This document shows positions 1 to 9,583 of a stretch of DNA of 64,000 bases, one piece after another (the stretch's first letter is position 1; each line of letters opens with the position of its first letter). This DNA is from Thermoanaerobaculia bacterium. Lineage in GTDB: Bacteria > Acidobacteriota > Thermoanaerobaculia > Multivoradales > Multivoraceae. Where the stretch lies: positions 3,616,001 to 3,680,000 of the forward strand of contig OY761158.1 of the NCBI GenBank assembly GCA_963664405.1. The letters are read 5' to 3'. Under the pieces are notes generated by a model. That model saw only the letters and a list, made by a program, of their open reading frames with translations. It was not told the origin of the DNA and searched no databases. The translations under genes and the position numbers were made by a program.

Positions 1-22
1 CCTGATCAAGCTCGTTGTCTAG
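1..22 (+). CDS. nuoH: 3' end of probable NADH-quinone oxidoreductase subunit H (partial)
   Basis: Only the tail LIKLVV* is visible; call rests on position before nuoI. Confidence 0.45.
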
Positions 23-58
23 CGAGTCGACTGCGGAAAAATTCAACATGGAGCCTAG

Positions 59-538
59 ATGAGCGCTGTACGAAACTTCTTGGATCGGGTCATGCTCCTG
101 GACCTCTTCGCCGGTTTGGGGATCACCTTTCGCAACCTGTTCAAAAAGAAAGTGACGGTGCAGTATCCGGAATCGCGGCGTGAGCCCTCGGATCGCTTCC
201 GCGGCATGTTCCGCTTGGACGAGGATCGCTGCATCAAGTGCACCATCTGTTTTCGCGACTGCCCCATCGACATCATCTACATCGACTGGCATCAGCAGGT
301 AAACGAGGAGACAGGGAAGAAAGAGAAGGTGCTCGACCGCTTCGACATCGACATTCAACGCTGCATGTTCTGTGGTCTGTGCGAAGAGGGCTGCCCGACC
401 GAGCCAAAATCGATCTGGCTCACTACCAAGACCTACGAGCTCGCAAGCTATGAGCGTTGGAACAATCTCTACGTCGACATGGAAGGGCTTCAGAATTGGA
501 AGGTACGCCCCTCCTACACCGACGAGGAGATCGCCTGA
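59..538 (+). CDS. nuoI: NADH-quinone oxidoreductase subunit I
   Basis: Two CxxCxxCxxxCP 4Fe-4S motifs, VTVQYP and RFRG motifs, operon context. Confidence 0.95.
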   Translation: MSAVRNFLDRVMLLDLFAGLGITFRNLFKKKVTVQYPESRREPSDRFRGMFRLDEDRCIKCTICFRDCPIDIIYIDWHQQVNEETGKKEKVLDRFDIDIQRCMFCGLCEEGCPTEPKSIWLTTKTYELASYERWNNLYVDMEGLQNWKVRPSYTDEEIA

Positions 539-557
539 GCCGCGGAGGGGGAGTCGG

Positions 558-1088
558 ATGGAAGGTCTGATCTCTGGAGAGGTGATCCTCTTCTACGTCT
601 TCGCAGCCGCGGCGCTTGTTGCCGCGGTTGGCGTGATCAGCATGCGCAATCCCATGTACAGCGCGATCTGCTTACTGGCGTGCTTTGTTGCGGTGGCGGT
701 TCTCTTTCTTCTCCGACACGCCGAGTTTCTCGGCGTGGTTCAGCTCTTCGTCTATGGCGGCGGGATCATGGTCCTCTTCCTTTTCGTGATCATGTTGGTC
801 AATTTTTCGCAGCTCAAAGAGGTCGATCTCTACGTCGGTCACTCTCGGGCCGCGGCGCTGCTGGTCTTGGTGATGGCCTCTTTCTTTGTTGCCCTCCTGG
901 TCGGCGTAGATCTCGGTCCGGCTTTTACCGAGCCCCTCGCCTTCCTCAGCGTCGAGGGCGAAGTGATGGGTAATTCGCAAGCGGTGGCGTGGAGCTTGTA
1001 TCGCGACTACCTTCTGCCCTTCGAGATTGCCTCGATCTTCCTGCTCGTGGCGATGATCGGGGCCGTGGTTCTGGGGCGTGAGCACTAG
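558..1088 (+). CDS. nuoJ: NADH-quinone oxidoreductase subunit J
   Basis: AEFLGVVQLFVYGGGIMVLFLFVIML and PFEIAS motifs; ATG 558 after GGAG. Confidence 0.95.
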   Translation: MEGLISGEVILFYVFAAAALVAAVGVISMRNPMYSAICLLACFVAVAVLFLLRHAEFLGVVQLFVYGGGIMVLFLFVIMLVNFSQLKEVDLYVGHSRAAALLVLVMASFFVALLVGVDLGPAFTEPLAFLSVEGEVMGNSQAVAWSLYRDYLLPFEIASIFLLVAMIGAVVLGREH

Positions 1089-1126
1089 GTGATGGCTATG
1101 GACTGGACCTCGCACGGGGATGGGCG

Positions 1127-1435
1127 ATGACTGAGATCACCACCAACCACTACATGGTGGTGAGCTTCCTGCTCTTCTCGATCGGCATTCTCGGTGTCAT
1201 GACCCGACGCAACCTGATCGTGGTGCTGATGTCGATCGAGTTGATTCTGAACGCAGTGAATATCAACCTCATCAGCTTCTCCTACCAGCACTCCGATCTA
1301 ACCGGGCAGATCTTCGCGATCTTCACCATCTGCGTTGCCGCCGGTGAGGCAGCGGTGGGACTGGGAATACTCCTGGCGCTCTACCGTCTACGCCACAGCA
1401 CCGAGATCGATAGGGCCGTGGAGCTCGAGGGGTAG
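1127..1435 (+). CDS. nuoK: NADH-quinone oxidoreductase subunit K
   Basis: RRNLIVVLMSIELILNAVN, AAGEAAVGL. Confidence 0.96.
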   Translation: MTEITTNHYMVVSFLLFSIGILGVMTRRNLIVVLMSIELILNAVNINLISFSYQHSDLTGQIFAIFTICVAAGEAAVGLGILLALYRLRHSTEIDRAVELEG

Positions 1436-1441
1436 GCCGGT

Positions 1442-3529
1442 ATGAAGGAATTCGTCTGGCTCATCCCCCTGATCCCGCTCGTGGGAGCCTTTCTCAACGG
1501 TGTGGTGCTCAGAAACCGGCTCAGCCGCCCCCAGGTGGGCTGGCTGGCAGTAACCGCGGTGGGGCTAGCCTGCGTCCTATCGATAGCCGCGGTAGCTAGC
1601 TACATGGGTAGCCCGGAGCATCACGAGCACACCAGCTTCGAGGTAGAGCTCTACGACTGGGTCCCGGCCGGTGATCTCGAGGTGGCATCCGAAGAGGGCG
1701 CACTTCGAGACTTCAGCGTTTCTCTCGGCTTCATGCTCGACCCTCTGTCCTCGGTGATGATCCTCTTTGTCACCTTCGTTGGCACCCTGATCCACATCTA
1801 CTCCATCGGCTATATGGCCCACGAAGATGGCTTTCAGCGCTACTTCACCTACCTGAACCTGTTTATGGGGGCGATGCTCACCCTCATTCTGGGCAACAAC
1901 TATCTGGTGATGTTCGTTGGCTGGGAAGGTGTCGGTTTCTGCTCCTATCTGCTCATAGGTTTTTATTATCAGGAGGAGTTTCCCCCCTACGCCGGCAGGA
2001 AGGCCTTTATCGTCAACCGAATCGGCGATCTCGGGTTCATGGTCGGGCTGCTCGCGCTGGTCTCCAATTTTGGGTCGCTCCGCTACAGCGAGCTGTTCGC
2101 GACGGTAGCGGCGAACATCGAGCTTGCCGAGTCGGACTACGTGCTTGGAATGAGCGTGGTGGGTTTCATCACACTGTGTCTCTTCATCGGCGCTGCCGGC
2201 AAGAGCGCCCAGATCCCGCTCTTCGTTTGGCTGCCCGACGCCATGGCCGGTCCCACGCCGGTGTCTGCGCTGATCCACGCCGCCACCATGGTGACCGCGG
2301 GGGTCTACATGTTGGCTCGCTCCAACGTGCTCTTCCAGTTGGCCGGCGGTACCTCTCAGCTGGTGGCCATTATTGGTTGCGCGACCGCCTTGATGGCGGC
2401 CACGATCGCACTAGCCCAGACCGACATCAAGAAAGTACTCGCCTACTCGACGGTCTCGCAGCTCGGGTACATGTTTCTTGCATGCGGCGTCGGGGCTTAT
2501 GTCGCTGCCATCTTTCACGTCTTCACCCACGCCTTCTTCAAGGCTCTACTCTTCCTCGGCTCCGGGTCGGTCATCCACGCGATGGGCGGTGAGCAGGACA
2601 TGCGACAGATGGGCGGGCTGCGCAAGTTCATGCCGGTGACCTATAAGACTTTTCTCGTCGGCACCATAGCCATTGCCGGGATTCCGCCGCTGGCGGGGTT
2701 CTTCTCAAAGGATGAGATCTTGGCGGAGACCTTCCTCGGCGGGCATTACATTCTGTGGATCGTGGGCCTCATCACCGCCGGGCTCACTGCGCTCTACATG
2801 TTCCGAGCGGTCTACCTCACTTTCCATGGAGGGTTCCGTGGCACCGCCGAGCAGCGCAATCACCTCCACGAGTCGCCGACGTTGATGACCATGCCGCTGG
2901 TGGTGCTGGCAGTGGGAGCCGTGATCGCGGGCCTCTTCGGCATCCCGGAGGGAATGCTCTTCAACGCAGTCGAAGGTAGCAATCTCTTCCATCACTTCCT
3001 CGAGCCGGTGATCGCCGAGCTCCCGGGGCACGGCGAGCACGGGCATTTGAGCCTCGGCGTCGAGTGGATTCTGATCCTCGTTTCGGTGGCTGTCGCGGTC
3101 TTCGGCATTCTTGCCGCCTGGCGCAACTACGGTGGCCCGGTCGGACTCGGCCATGGCGAAGAGTGGGCTCGCCGCTTTCCGGGGATCCACCGCGTTTTGG
3201 TCAACAAGTACAGCGTCGACGAGTTCTACGATGCGACCGTCGTACGCGGAACCTGGGGGCTAGCTCGTCAGCTCTTTCGATTCGATGGAGCGGTTATCGA
3301 CGGAATTGTCATGATGGTTCGCCATGTCACGGTGGGTGTCGCGCTGTTGTCGGGCTTTTTCGACAAGTACGTCGTCGATGGCCTGGTCAATCTTGTGGCT
3401 TGGGTTCTCAATCGATTTTCTCGCATGCTCAGGAAGGTGCAGTCCGGCCTCGTCTCCCAGTACGCCCTCGTGGTGGTAGTGGGTGTTCTGATGCTGGTCT
3501 TCGCCGCCGTGATTCTGCGATCTCAGTAG
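1442..3529 (+). CDS. nuoL: NADH-quinone oxidoreductase subunit L
   Basis: GKSAQIPLFVWLPDAMAGPTPVSALIHAATMV; THAFFKALLFL. Confidence 0.97.
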   Translation: MKEFVWLIPLIPLVGAFLNGVVLRNRLSRPQVGWLAVTAVGLACVLSIAAVASYMGSPEHHEHTSFEVELYDWVPAGDLEVASEEGALRDFSVSLGFMLDPLSSVMILFVTFVGTLIHIYSIGYMAHEDGFQRYFTYLNLFMGAMLTLILGNNYLVMFVGWEGVGFCSYLLIGFYYQEEFPPYAGRKAFIVNRIGDLGFMVGLLALVSNFGSLRYSELFATVAANIELAESDYVLGMSVVGFITLCLFIGAAGKSAQIPLFVWLPDAMAGPTPVSALIHAATMVTAGVYMLARSNVLFQLAGGTSQLVAIIGCATALMAATIALAQTDIKKVLAYSTVSQLGYMFLACGVGAYVAAIFHVFTHAFFKALLFLGSGSVIHAMGGEQDMRQMGGLRKFMPVTYKTFLVGTIAIAGIPPLAGFFSKDEILAETFLGGHYILWIVGLITAGLTALYMFRAVYLTFHGGFRGTAEQRNHLHESPTLMTMPLVVLAVGAVIAGLFGIPEGMLFNAVEGSNLFHHFLEPVIAELPGHGEHGHLSLGVEWILILVSVAVAVFGILAAWRNYGGPVGLGHGEEWARRFPGIHRVLVNKYSVDEFYDATVVRGTWGLARQLFRFDGAVIDGIVMMVRHVTVGVALLSGFFDKYVVDGLVNLVAWVLNRFSRMLRKVQSGLVSQYALVVVVGVLMLVFAAVILRSQ

Positions 3530-3551
3530 TGGCTCAGGGGCGGAGGAAACC

Positions 3552-5159
3552 ATGTTCGACTGGCTCGCCGACACTCACATTCTAAGTATCGTCGCCTACA
3601 TTCCGCTGGTAGGCGCGATCTTTATCATCGCCTTCGTGCGCGGATCCGACGCGGTGAGGGTGCGAAACATCGCCACCGGAGTCGCATTCGTCGATTTCCT
3701 CGTATCTCTACCGCTGTGGTTCTCCTTCGATCCAGACGGCGAGCTGTTTCAGTTCCGCGAGAGTCACGAGTGGATCTCCGCCATCGGTGTGCGCTACGAG
3801 TTCGGAATCGACGGTATCTCGCTCTTGATGGTGTTGCTCACGACTTTACTCGGAGTCCTCGCCATCCTCTCTTCCTGGACCGCGGTCAAAGAACGCCAGA
3901 AGGAGTACTACGTCTTCTTGCTCCTCTTGCAGACCGGCATGCTCGGGGTGTTCATGGCGATGGACTTCTTCCTTTTCTATGTGTTCTGGGAAGTCATGCT
4001 GGTCCCGATGTACTTCCTCATCGGCATCTGGGGCGGGCCGCGGAAGCTTTACGCGGCGATCAAGTTCTTCCTCTACACCCTTGCCGGCTCGGTGGTGATG
4101 CTTCTCGGCATTCTGGCCCTGTTCTTTTTCAACCAGGACGGTCTCCTCGGCCATCAGGGGATGGGAAACGAGGCCTCCTTCTCGATCCTGCAATTCCACG
4201 AGATCGGCGCCCAGATACCGGCGGGCCTGCAGTTCTGGATCTTTCTTGCCTTCTTCGTCAGCTTTGCGATCAAGGTCCCCATGTTCCCTTTCCACACTTG
4301 GCTGCCTGATGCTCATGTCGAAGCGCCGACAGCCGGGTCGGTGATCCTGGCTGGAGTTCTCCTCAAGATGGGGACCTATGGCTTCGTTCGCTTCTCGCTG
4401 CCTATCCTGCCTGACGCGACCTGGCAGCTCCTTCCGTGGATGGCCGGCCTATCGATTGTCGGCATCGTCTACGGTGGCCTCGTCGCGATGGCGCAGAAGG
4501 ACATGAAGAAGCTGGTGGCCTACTCGTCGGTGAGTCATCTCGGTTTCGTGATGCTTGGGCTGTTCGCGCTGAATGGGCCAGGGGTCAACGGGTCGATCCT
4601 CCAAATGATCAATCATGGTTTATCGACCGGCGCCCTCTTCCTCCTCGTCGGCATCATCTACGAGCGCCGCCACACCCGCATGATTTCGGAGTATGGAGGC
4701 ATCTCGAAGAAGATGCCGGTCTTCGCCACCTACTTCTTGATCATCACCATGGCTTCCATCGGACTACCGACGCTCAACGGTTTCGTTGGCGAGTTCACGA
4801 TCCTGGTCGGTGTCTTCAATCGCAGCTGGGTCTGGGCAACATTCGGCGCACTCGGCATCGTTCTTGGCGCCGCTTATATGTTGTGGATGTATCAGCGGGT
4901 CTTCTTCGGGCCGATGGATAACCCTGACAACGAATCGCTGGAAGACATGAATCGGAGAGAGGTCCTCTATATCTTGCCGTTGGTCATTCTGTGCTTCTGG
5001 ATCGGGCTCTACCCGAAACCCTTCTTCCGTATTCTCGAGAAGCCCGTCGACTATGTAGTGGCCAGGGTCAACGGTGATTCCGTGGCAGCGACGGCGGCCC
5101 TGCCGGGGTCGGTCGCACCGACCGCGCCCCCCGTCGCTCTTGCCGAGGTCGAGGAGTAG
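3552..5159 (+). CDS. nuoM: NADH-quinone oxidoreductase subunit M
   Basis: KVPMFPFHTWLPDAHVEAPT; AYSSVSHLG. Confidence 0.97.
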   Translation: MFDWLADTHILSIVAYIPLVGAIFIIAFVRGSDAVRVRNIATGVAFVDFLVSLPLWFSFDPDGELFQFRESHEWISAIGVRYEFGIDGISLLMVLLTTLLGVLAILSSWTAVKERQKEYYVFLLLLQTGMLGVFMAMDFFLFYVFWEVMLVPMYFLIGIWGGPRKLYAAIKFFLYTLAGSVVMLLGILALFFFNQDGLLGHQGMGNEASFSILQFHEIGAQIPAGLQFWIFLAFFVSFAIKVPMFPFHTWLPDAHVEAPTAGSVILAGVLLKMGTYGFVRFSLPILPDATWQLLPWMAGLSIVGIVYGGLVAMAQKDMKKLVAYSSVSHLGFVMLGLFALNGPGVNGSILQMINHGLSTGALFLLVGIIYERRHTRMISEYGGISKKMPVFATYFLIITMASIGLPTLNGFVGEFTILVGVFNRSWVWATFGALGIVLGAAYMLWMYQRVFFGPMDNPDNESLEDMNRREVLYILPLVILCFWIGLYPKPFFRILEKPVDYVVARVNGDSVAATAALPGSVAPTAPPVALAEVEE

Positions 5160-5162
5160 CCG

Positions 5163-6623
5163 GTGGCGGGCATGAGCCCACAGGATTTTCTCCTCCTCGG
5201 TCCCGAGATCCTGCTCGCGGCCCTTGGGCTGATCCTCTTGTTGTGGGGGGCTCTGGCCGACAAGGGCGCCGGGAATCGCGCGTGTTCAACCTTCGCGTTC
5301 CTCAGCTTGGTGGTGACGATGATCTACGTCACCGTCCAACATATGAGTCTCGAAGGTCCGACCCGAATCTTGGCTGACAGCTTCATTCTCGACGGCTTTT
5401 CTTTCGTTTGGAAGATCATGGTTCTGCTGGCGGTGGCGCTTACCGTGCTGCTCTCGCAGCGTTTCGTCGAGGACGGCGGGTATCGACCCGGCGAGTACTA
5501 CTCACTGCTGCTCTATGCCGCGACCGGCATGATGTTCATGGCCAGCGGCTTCAACCTGATCTCGATTTGGATCTCCTTGGAGCTGATGGCCCTGTCGAGC
5601 TACATCATGGCCGGCTACTTCAAGCGCGAGCTGAAGTCGAACGAGGCGGCGCTCAAGTATTTTGTGCTCGGAGCTCTATCTAGCGGTGTCATGCTTTACG
5701 GGATGTCCCTTCTCTATGGCGGGACCGGTTCCATTCAGCTCGAGGGAATAGCGTCTGCTATCGCGGCGGCAGAGTCGCCGAGTCTGCTGGTGGTGATGGG
5801 CTGGGTTCTCCTCGTGGTCGGCCTTCTGTTCAAAGTAGCGGCCGTTCCCTTTCACGTATGGGCACCCGATGTTTACGTCGGTGCGCCAACGCCGGTCACT
5901 GCCTTCTTGGCCGTCGCTTCGAAGACCGCCTCGTTTGCCATCCTCGTGCGCATCCTCTACCAGGGGCTACCGGGTCTGAGGGTGGATTGGCAGATCATCC
6001 TGGCAGCGGTAGCTGTTGTCACCATGGTATGGGGCAACTTGGCGGCGCTCACCCAAGACAACGTCAAACGTCTGTTGGCCTACTCCTCGATCGCCCATGC
6101 CGGGTATGTGCTGGTCGGAGTGCTCGCGCTCAACGAGATCGGTCTTTGGGCGGTGGTCTACTACCTTCTCGCCTACGGCTTCATCACCATGGGCACCTTC
6201 GGCACCGTGATTCTGCTCGAGCGCAAGTCCTACGCAGGAGAGACCTGCGAGGACTACGCCGGTCTTGCCAGCCGGTCGCCCTTCCTGGCGGCGATGATGC
6301 TCGTTTTCATGCTGGCATTGACCGGCATCCCGCCGACCGGGGGTTTCGTAGGCAAGTTCTACCTCTTCGCGGCTGCCATTCAGGCCGGGTGGACATGGGT
6401 AGCCGTGATCGGCGTGCTGATGAGTGCGGTGTCGCTCTACTACTACTTCAGGATTGTCGTTTTCATGTACCAGAAGGAGACGACGGAGACCACGCCGGAG
6501 CCGCTGCGCGAGCCGGCCCTCGCCGGCGCAATTATTCTCTGCTTCGTGCTGACGCTCGTGCTCGGGTTGTATCCGGCCCCCTTCATCGAGTTCGCCAAGA
6601 CCGCACTCTTGCCGCTCCCCTAG
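5163..6623 (+). CDS. nuoN: NADH-quinone oxidoreductase subunit N
   Basis: EAALKYF; FKVAAVPFHVWAPDVYVGAP; start could be ATG 5172. Confidence 0.96.
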   Translation: MAGMSPQDFLLLGPEILLAALGLILLLWGALADKGAGNRACSTFAFLSLVVTMIYVTVQHMSLEGPTRILADSFILDGFSFVWKIMVLLAVALTVLLSQRFVEDGGYRPGEYYSLLLYAATGMMFMASGFNLISIWISLELMALSSYIMAGYFKRELKSNEAALKYFVLGALSSGVMLYGMSLLYGGTGSIQLEGIASAIAAAESPSLLVVMGWVLLVVGLLFKVAAVPFHVWAPDVYVGAPTPVTAFLAVASKTASFAILVRILYQGLPGLRVDWQIILAAVAVVTMVWGNLAALTQDNVKRLLAYSSIAHAGYVLVGVLALNEIGLWAVVYYLLAYGFITMGTFGTVILLERKSYAGETCEDYAGLASRSPFLAAMMLVFMLALTGIPPTGGFVGKFYLFAAAIQAGWTWVAVIGVLMSAVSLYYYFRIVVFMYQKETTETTPEPLREPALAGAIILCFVLTLVLGLYPAPFIEFAKTALLPLP

Positions 6624-6649
6624 GGGGCGCAGCCAGCTAAGATGGTGGG

Positions 6650-6922
6650 GTGGCGGAGTCCAGGCCCAGGGAAAGCAAAGCTCGCGGTCGCTTCCGAATA
6701 CTCGATCTCTCAGCTGTAGGTATCGCATTTCCTGTTGCCCTGTTGCTCGGTTATTTTGCCGGGCGCACAGTCGGCGGCTGGTTCGGAGCCGAGAGGATGG
6801 GGGCCCTCATCGGTACCCTCCTGGGTATCGTCAGCGGTTTCTACAATTTCTTCAAGATGATCGTCAGGCTGGCACCGCCTCTACCGCCGAAGGGCGATTC
6901 TGACGATGGCGAGGGTAGCTGA
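6650..6922 (+). CDS. AtpZ/AtpI family ATP synthase accessory membrane protein
   Basis: Two-TM small protein (LLGYFAG...LGIVSGF) at head of atp block. Confidence 0.75.
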   Translation: MAESRPRESKARGRFRILDLSAVGIAFPVALLLGYFAGRTVGGWFGAERMGALIGTLLGIVSGFYNFFKMIVRLAPPLPPKGDSDDGEGS

Positions 6923-7316
6923 GCTCACCCAGCCGGCGCGGATTCTCGCCCGCATCGAGCGAGTCGCGGCTGTGCTCGGAGCGCTTGGAGCGCTGCTGTA
7001 TCTGCTGCGCTCGCCAGCGGGCGCCCTTGTCTTGACTCTAACTGCCGCCGCGAGTATCGTTGCGTTTCACGGCCTCCAGGGCCTTGTAGGTGGGCTTGGA
7101 GCCGGCTCCGATACAAAAGTCGATCAACGAAGCAAGGGCCTTGTCTGGCTTCGTTTCTGCCTGTTACTAGTTATCCCTCTCACCTCACTCTGGCTGGATG
7201 CTGAACTAGCACTGTCGCTGTTGCTGGGTTTCTCTGTGATTCCGCTGTCGTTTATAGGTGAGGGTTTTTTCCAACTTTTCCTTTCACTGATGTCAAGGGG
7301 AGAGAATGGCAGCTGA
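6906..7316 (+). CDS. ATP synthase subunit I-like membrane protein
   Basis: Four-TM protein directly before atpB. Confidence 0.65.
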   Translation: MARVAELTQPARILARIERVAAVLGALGALLYLLRSPAGALVLTLTAAASIVAFHGLQGLVGGLGAGSDTKVDQRSKGLVWLRFCLLLVIPLTSLWLDAELALSLLLGFSVIPLSFIGEGFFQLFLSLMSRGENGS

Positions 7317-8034
7317 GGGCGGCGCGGTCACGCATAACTCGGTTCTGTATGGACCGGTGAACAGGGTTTGGGAAGCTACCGGGCTCGCCGAGTCGCTCGG
7401 GGCTCACGAGGTTCCCGACCATGTAATCGGGGCGGGGCTGGTCATGGTGCTGTGCGCCGTGGTTTTCATTCCTCTGTCGGGGAGACTGAAGCTCGAGAAT
7501 CCGGGGAAAGGTCAGCAGCTGCTGGAATTGGTGGTCCTCGGCCTCAAGAACTTGATGGAAGACGTCATCGGCCAGGGCGCGGCGCGGCGCTTCATGCCGA
7601 TGATTGGAGCACTCGCAGTCTTCATCTTTCTCTGCAACATTCTCGGGCTCTTCTTTTTTCTCCAGCCACCGACGCAGAACACCAATACCACTTTCGCCCT
7701 GTCGATCACGGCTTGGTGCTACTACCACTTTGTCGGGCTGCGCAAGCACGGTCTCCACTACTTCAAACAGTTCCTCGGTCCCATTCCCGCCCTCTTCTTT
7801 CTGTTCATACCCATTGAGCTCATTAGTCACTTGGCGCGGGCTCTATCGCTGGGGCTGCGTCTGTTCGGCAACATCTTCGGCGAGCATCTGGCGGCGTCGG
7901 TGTTCTTCCTGATTCCTTTCATCGTTCCCTTTCCGATGATGGCGCTGGGGGTCTTCGGTGCGACCCTGCAGGCCTTCATCTTCTGCATGCTAACCATGGT
8001 GTATATCGCTGGTGCCGAAGCGGACGAGCACTGA
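7306..8034 (+). CDS. atpB: F0F1 ATP synthase subunit a
   Basis: SLGLRLFGNIFGEH with essential Arg; LQAFIF. Confidence 0.96.
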   Translation: MAAEGGAVTHNSVLYGPVNRVWEATGLAESLGAHEVPDHVIGAGLVMVLCAVVFIPLSGRLKLENPGKGQQLLELVVLGLKNLMEDVIGQGAARRFMPMIGALAVFIFLCNILGLFFFLQPPTQNTNTTFALSITAWCYYHFVGLRKHGLHYFKQFLGPIPALFFLFIPIELISHLARALSLGLRLFGNIFGEHLAASVFFLIPFIVPFPMMALGVFGATLQAFIFCMLTMVYIAGAEADEH

Positions 8035-8093
8035 CTCCCCGCCGGGTAGGCATTAGCCGGTGATCTGCACCTTCTTCGAGGAGGAGTGAAATT

Positions 8094-8411
8094 ATGAGTA
8101 AGAGACTTCTCGGTCTCGCGTTACTCACGCTGTTGGCTCTGGCCACAGCCGGCCCAGTTTGGGCACAGGACGGTGATCACGGTGGGGATGTCGATTGGGG
8201 CATTCTCGGTGCGGCATTCGCGATCGCCATCGCAGCCGCGGCCGGTGCTTCCGGTCAAGGCAGGGCGGTCGCAGCAGCGGTGTCGGCTTTGGCGCGCAAC
8301 CCTGGGGCGGCCGGCGACATCCGCTTCGCCCTGATTCTGGGCCTTGCGTTGATCGAGTCCCTGGTCATCTACGCGCTGATCATTGCCTTGCGTGGCGCTG
8401 CATTCTTTTAG
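8094..8411 (+). CDS. atpE: F0F1 ATP synthase subunit c with N-terminal signal-like extension
   Basis: GQG...ARNP loop, ALIESLVIY carboxylate; SD GAGGAG. Confidence 0.94.
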   Translation: MSKRLLGLALLTLLALATAGPVWAQDGDHGGDVDWGILGAAFAIAIAAAAGASGQGRAVAAAVSALARNPGAAGDIRFALILGLALIESLVIYALIIALRGAAFF

Positions 8412-8471
8412 GCGCCAGCGGGACATACAAGACCTGGCCGTTCCGAGGATTCCCCGGTGCGGTCATCTGCT

Positions 8472-8504
8472 AGAGCCGGGCGCGCAGGCGTCCGGCTTTT
8501 TTCT
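8472..8504 (+). terminator. Intrinsic terminator after atpE
   Basis: Stem AGAGCCGGGCGC/GCGTCCGGCTTT followed by T-run. Confidence 0.75.
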
Positions 8505-8515
8505 TGGTACGCAGT

Positions 8516-8544
8516 GGAACCTATTCTCGTCTTCTTGCTTCTAA
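8516..8544 (+). promoter_or_regulatory. Putative ECF sigma promoter
   Basis: GGAACCT-N17-TCTAA just after the terminator, upstream of the ECF locus. Confidence 0.4.
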
Positions 8545-8558
8545 CTAGAGTAGGAGCC

Positions 8559-8810
8559 GTGAGAGAGACGTACACCAACGCCACACCCTGCCGGGAAATG
8601 GGGCGGCCTCCAATGAGATCGTCGCAGGGGCGCACTGTTCTCAGACGTGGACGCCAAATCGGCGCCTCCGCAATCGCCGAGCGCGACCGTGGCGCTCCCG
8701 CTCGCGCTCCAGTACCGCGGCTGCTGCCTTTAGACGCACTGTTTCGCCAGGAGTTTTCGGTGTGGATTAGACCGATCCTTTTGGCATCGATCGTGCGTAT
8801 TCTAGAGTGA
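8559..8810 (+). CDS. Hypothetical small basic protein
   Basis: GTG preceded by AGGAG; ends just before sigma gene; no recognised family. Confidence 0.3.
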   Translation: MRETYTNATPCREMGRPPMRSSQGRTVLRRGRQIGASAIAERDRGAPARAPVPRLLPLDALFRQEFSVWIRPILLASIVRILE

Positions 8811-8837
8811 ACAGCGGCGAACTCTGCCGGAGATGTG

Positions 8838-9458
8838 ATGAATCAGAGCCATGTTTCTCAACCGAGCGCCTGGGACTTCCAGTCGGTCGTCGTTCCCTAT
8901 GTCGACGCGCTCTACAACACTGCTTTGCGCATGACTCGGAATCCCCAGGATGCAGAGGACCTGGTCCAAGAGACCTACCTCAAGGCTTACAAGTACTACG
9001 ACAAGTTCACTGAAGGGACCAACCTGAAGGCCTGGCTCTTCCGCATCCTCAAGAACACCTTCATCAACAACTACCGCAAGAAGCAGCAGGAGCCTCCTCA
9101 GAACGCCTTCGACGAGATCGAAGATGCCTTCGAGAAGCACATCAGCAGCGAGGCCGGGGGTCGGATCCCGAGCCCCGAAGAGAATGCGCTAGAAGATGTG
9201 CTCGACGACGAGGTGCAACACGCCATGGACTCGCTTCCGGACGACTATCGGATGGTTGTCGTGCTTGCCGATCTCGAGGATTTCTCCTACCAGGAGATCT
9301 CACAGATCCTCGATATCCCCGTCGGCACAGTGATGAGCCGCCTGTATCGAGCTCGGCGTCGACTCGAGTCCGAGATGCTCCACTACGCTCAGGATCACGG
9401 CTATATCCGGTCTCGCGACCCCGTTAAAATGCGGAGTCGTGAAAAGAAACCGTCCTGA
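8838..9458 (+). CDS. ECF RNA polymerase sigma factor, SigH/SigR-like
   Basis: [40 protein letters not shown]...[13 protein letters not shown]. Confidence 0.93.
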   Translation: MNQSHVSQPSAWDFQSVVVPYVDALYNTALRMTRNPQDAEDLVQETYLKAYKYYDKFTEGTNLKAWLFRILKNTFINNYRKKQQEPPQNAFDEIEDAFEKHISSEAGGRIPSPEENALEDVLDDEVQHAMDSLPDDYRMVVVLADLEDFSYQEISQILDIPVGTVMSRLYRARRRLESEMLHYAQDHGYIRSRDPVKMRSREKKPS

Positions 9459-9471
9459 TCCTCCCGCTGCG

Positions 9472-9499
9472 GGAATAACTCCTGCCCTCTCGAGAGTTG
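9472..9499 (+). promoter_or_regulatory. Putative SigR/SigH-type promoter
   Basis: GGAAT-N19-GTTG directly after the sigma gene, fits GGAAY-N18/19-GTT. Confidence 0.55.
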
Positions 9500-9583
9500 A
9501 GCTGCAAGTAGCGGCCAACGCGCAAACCGTATTGTGCGCGAGGCCGTCGGGCCTTCAACTGAGCTTCAGACGGACGGGAGAAA

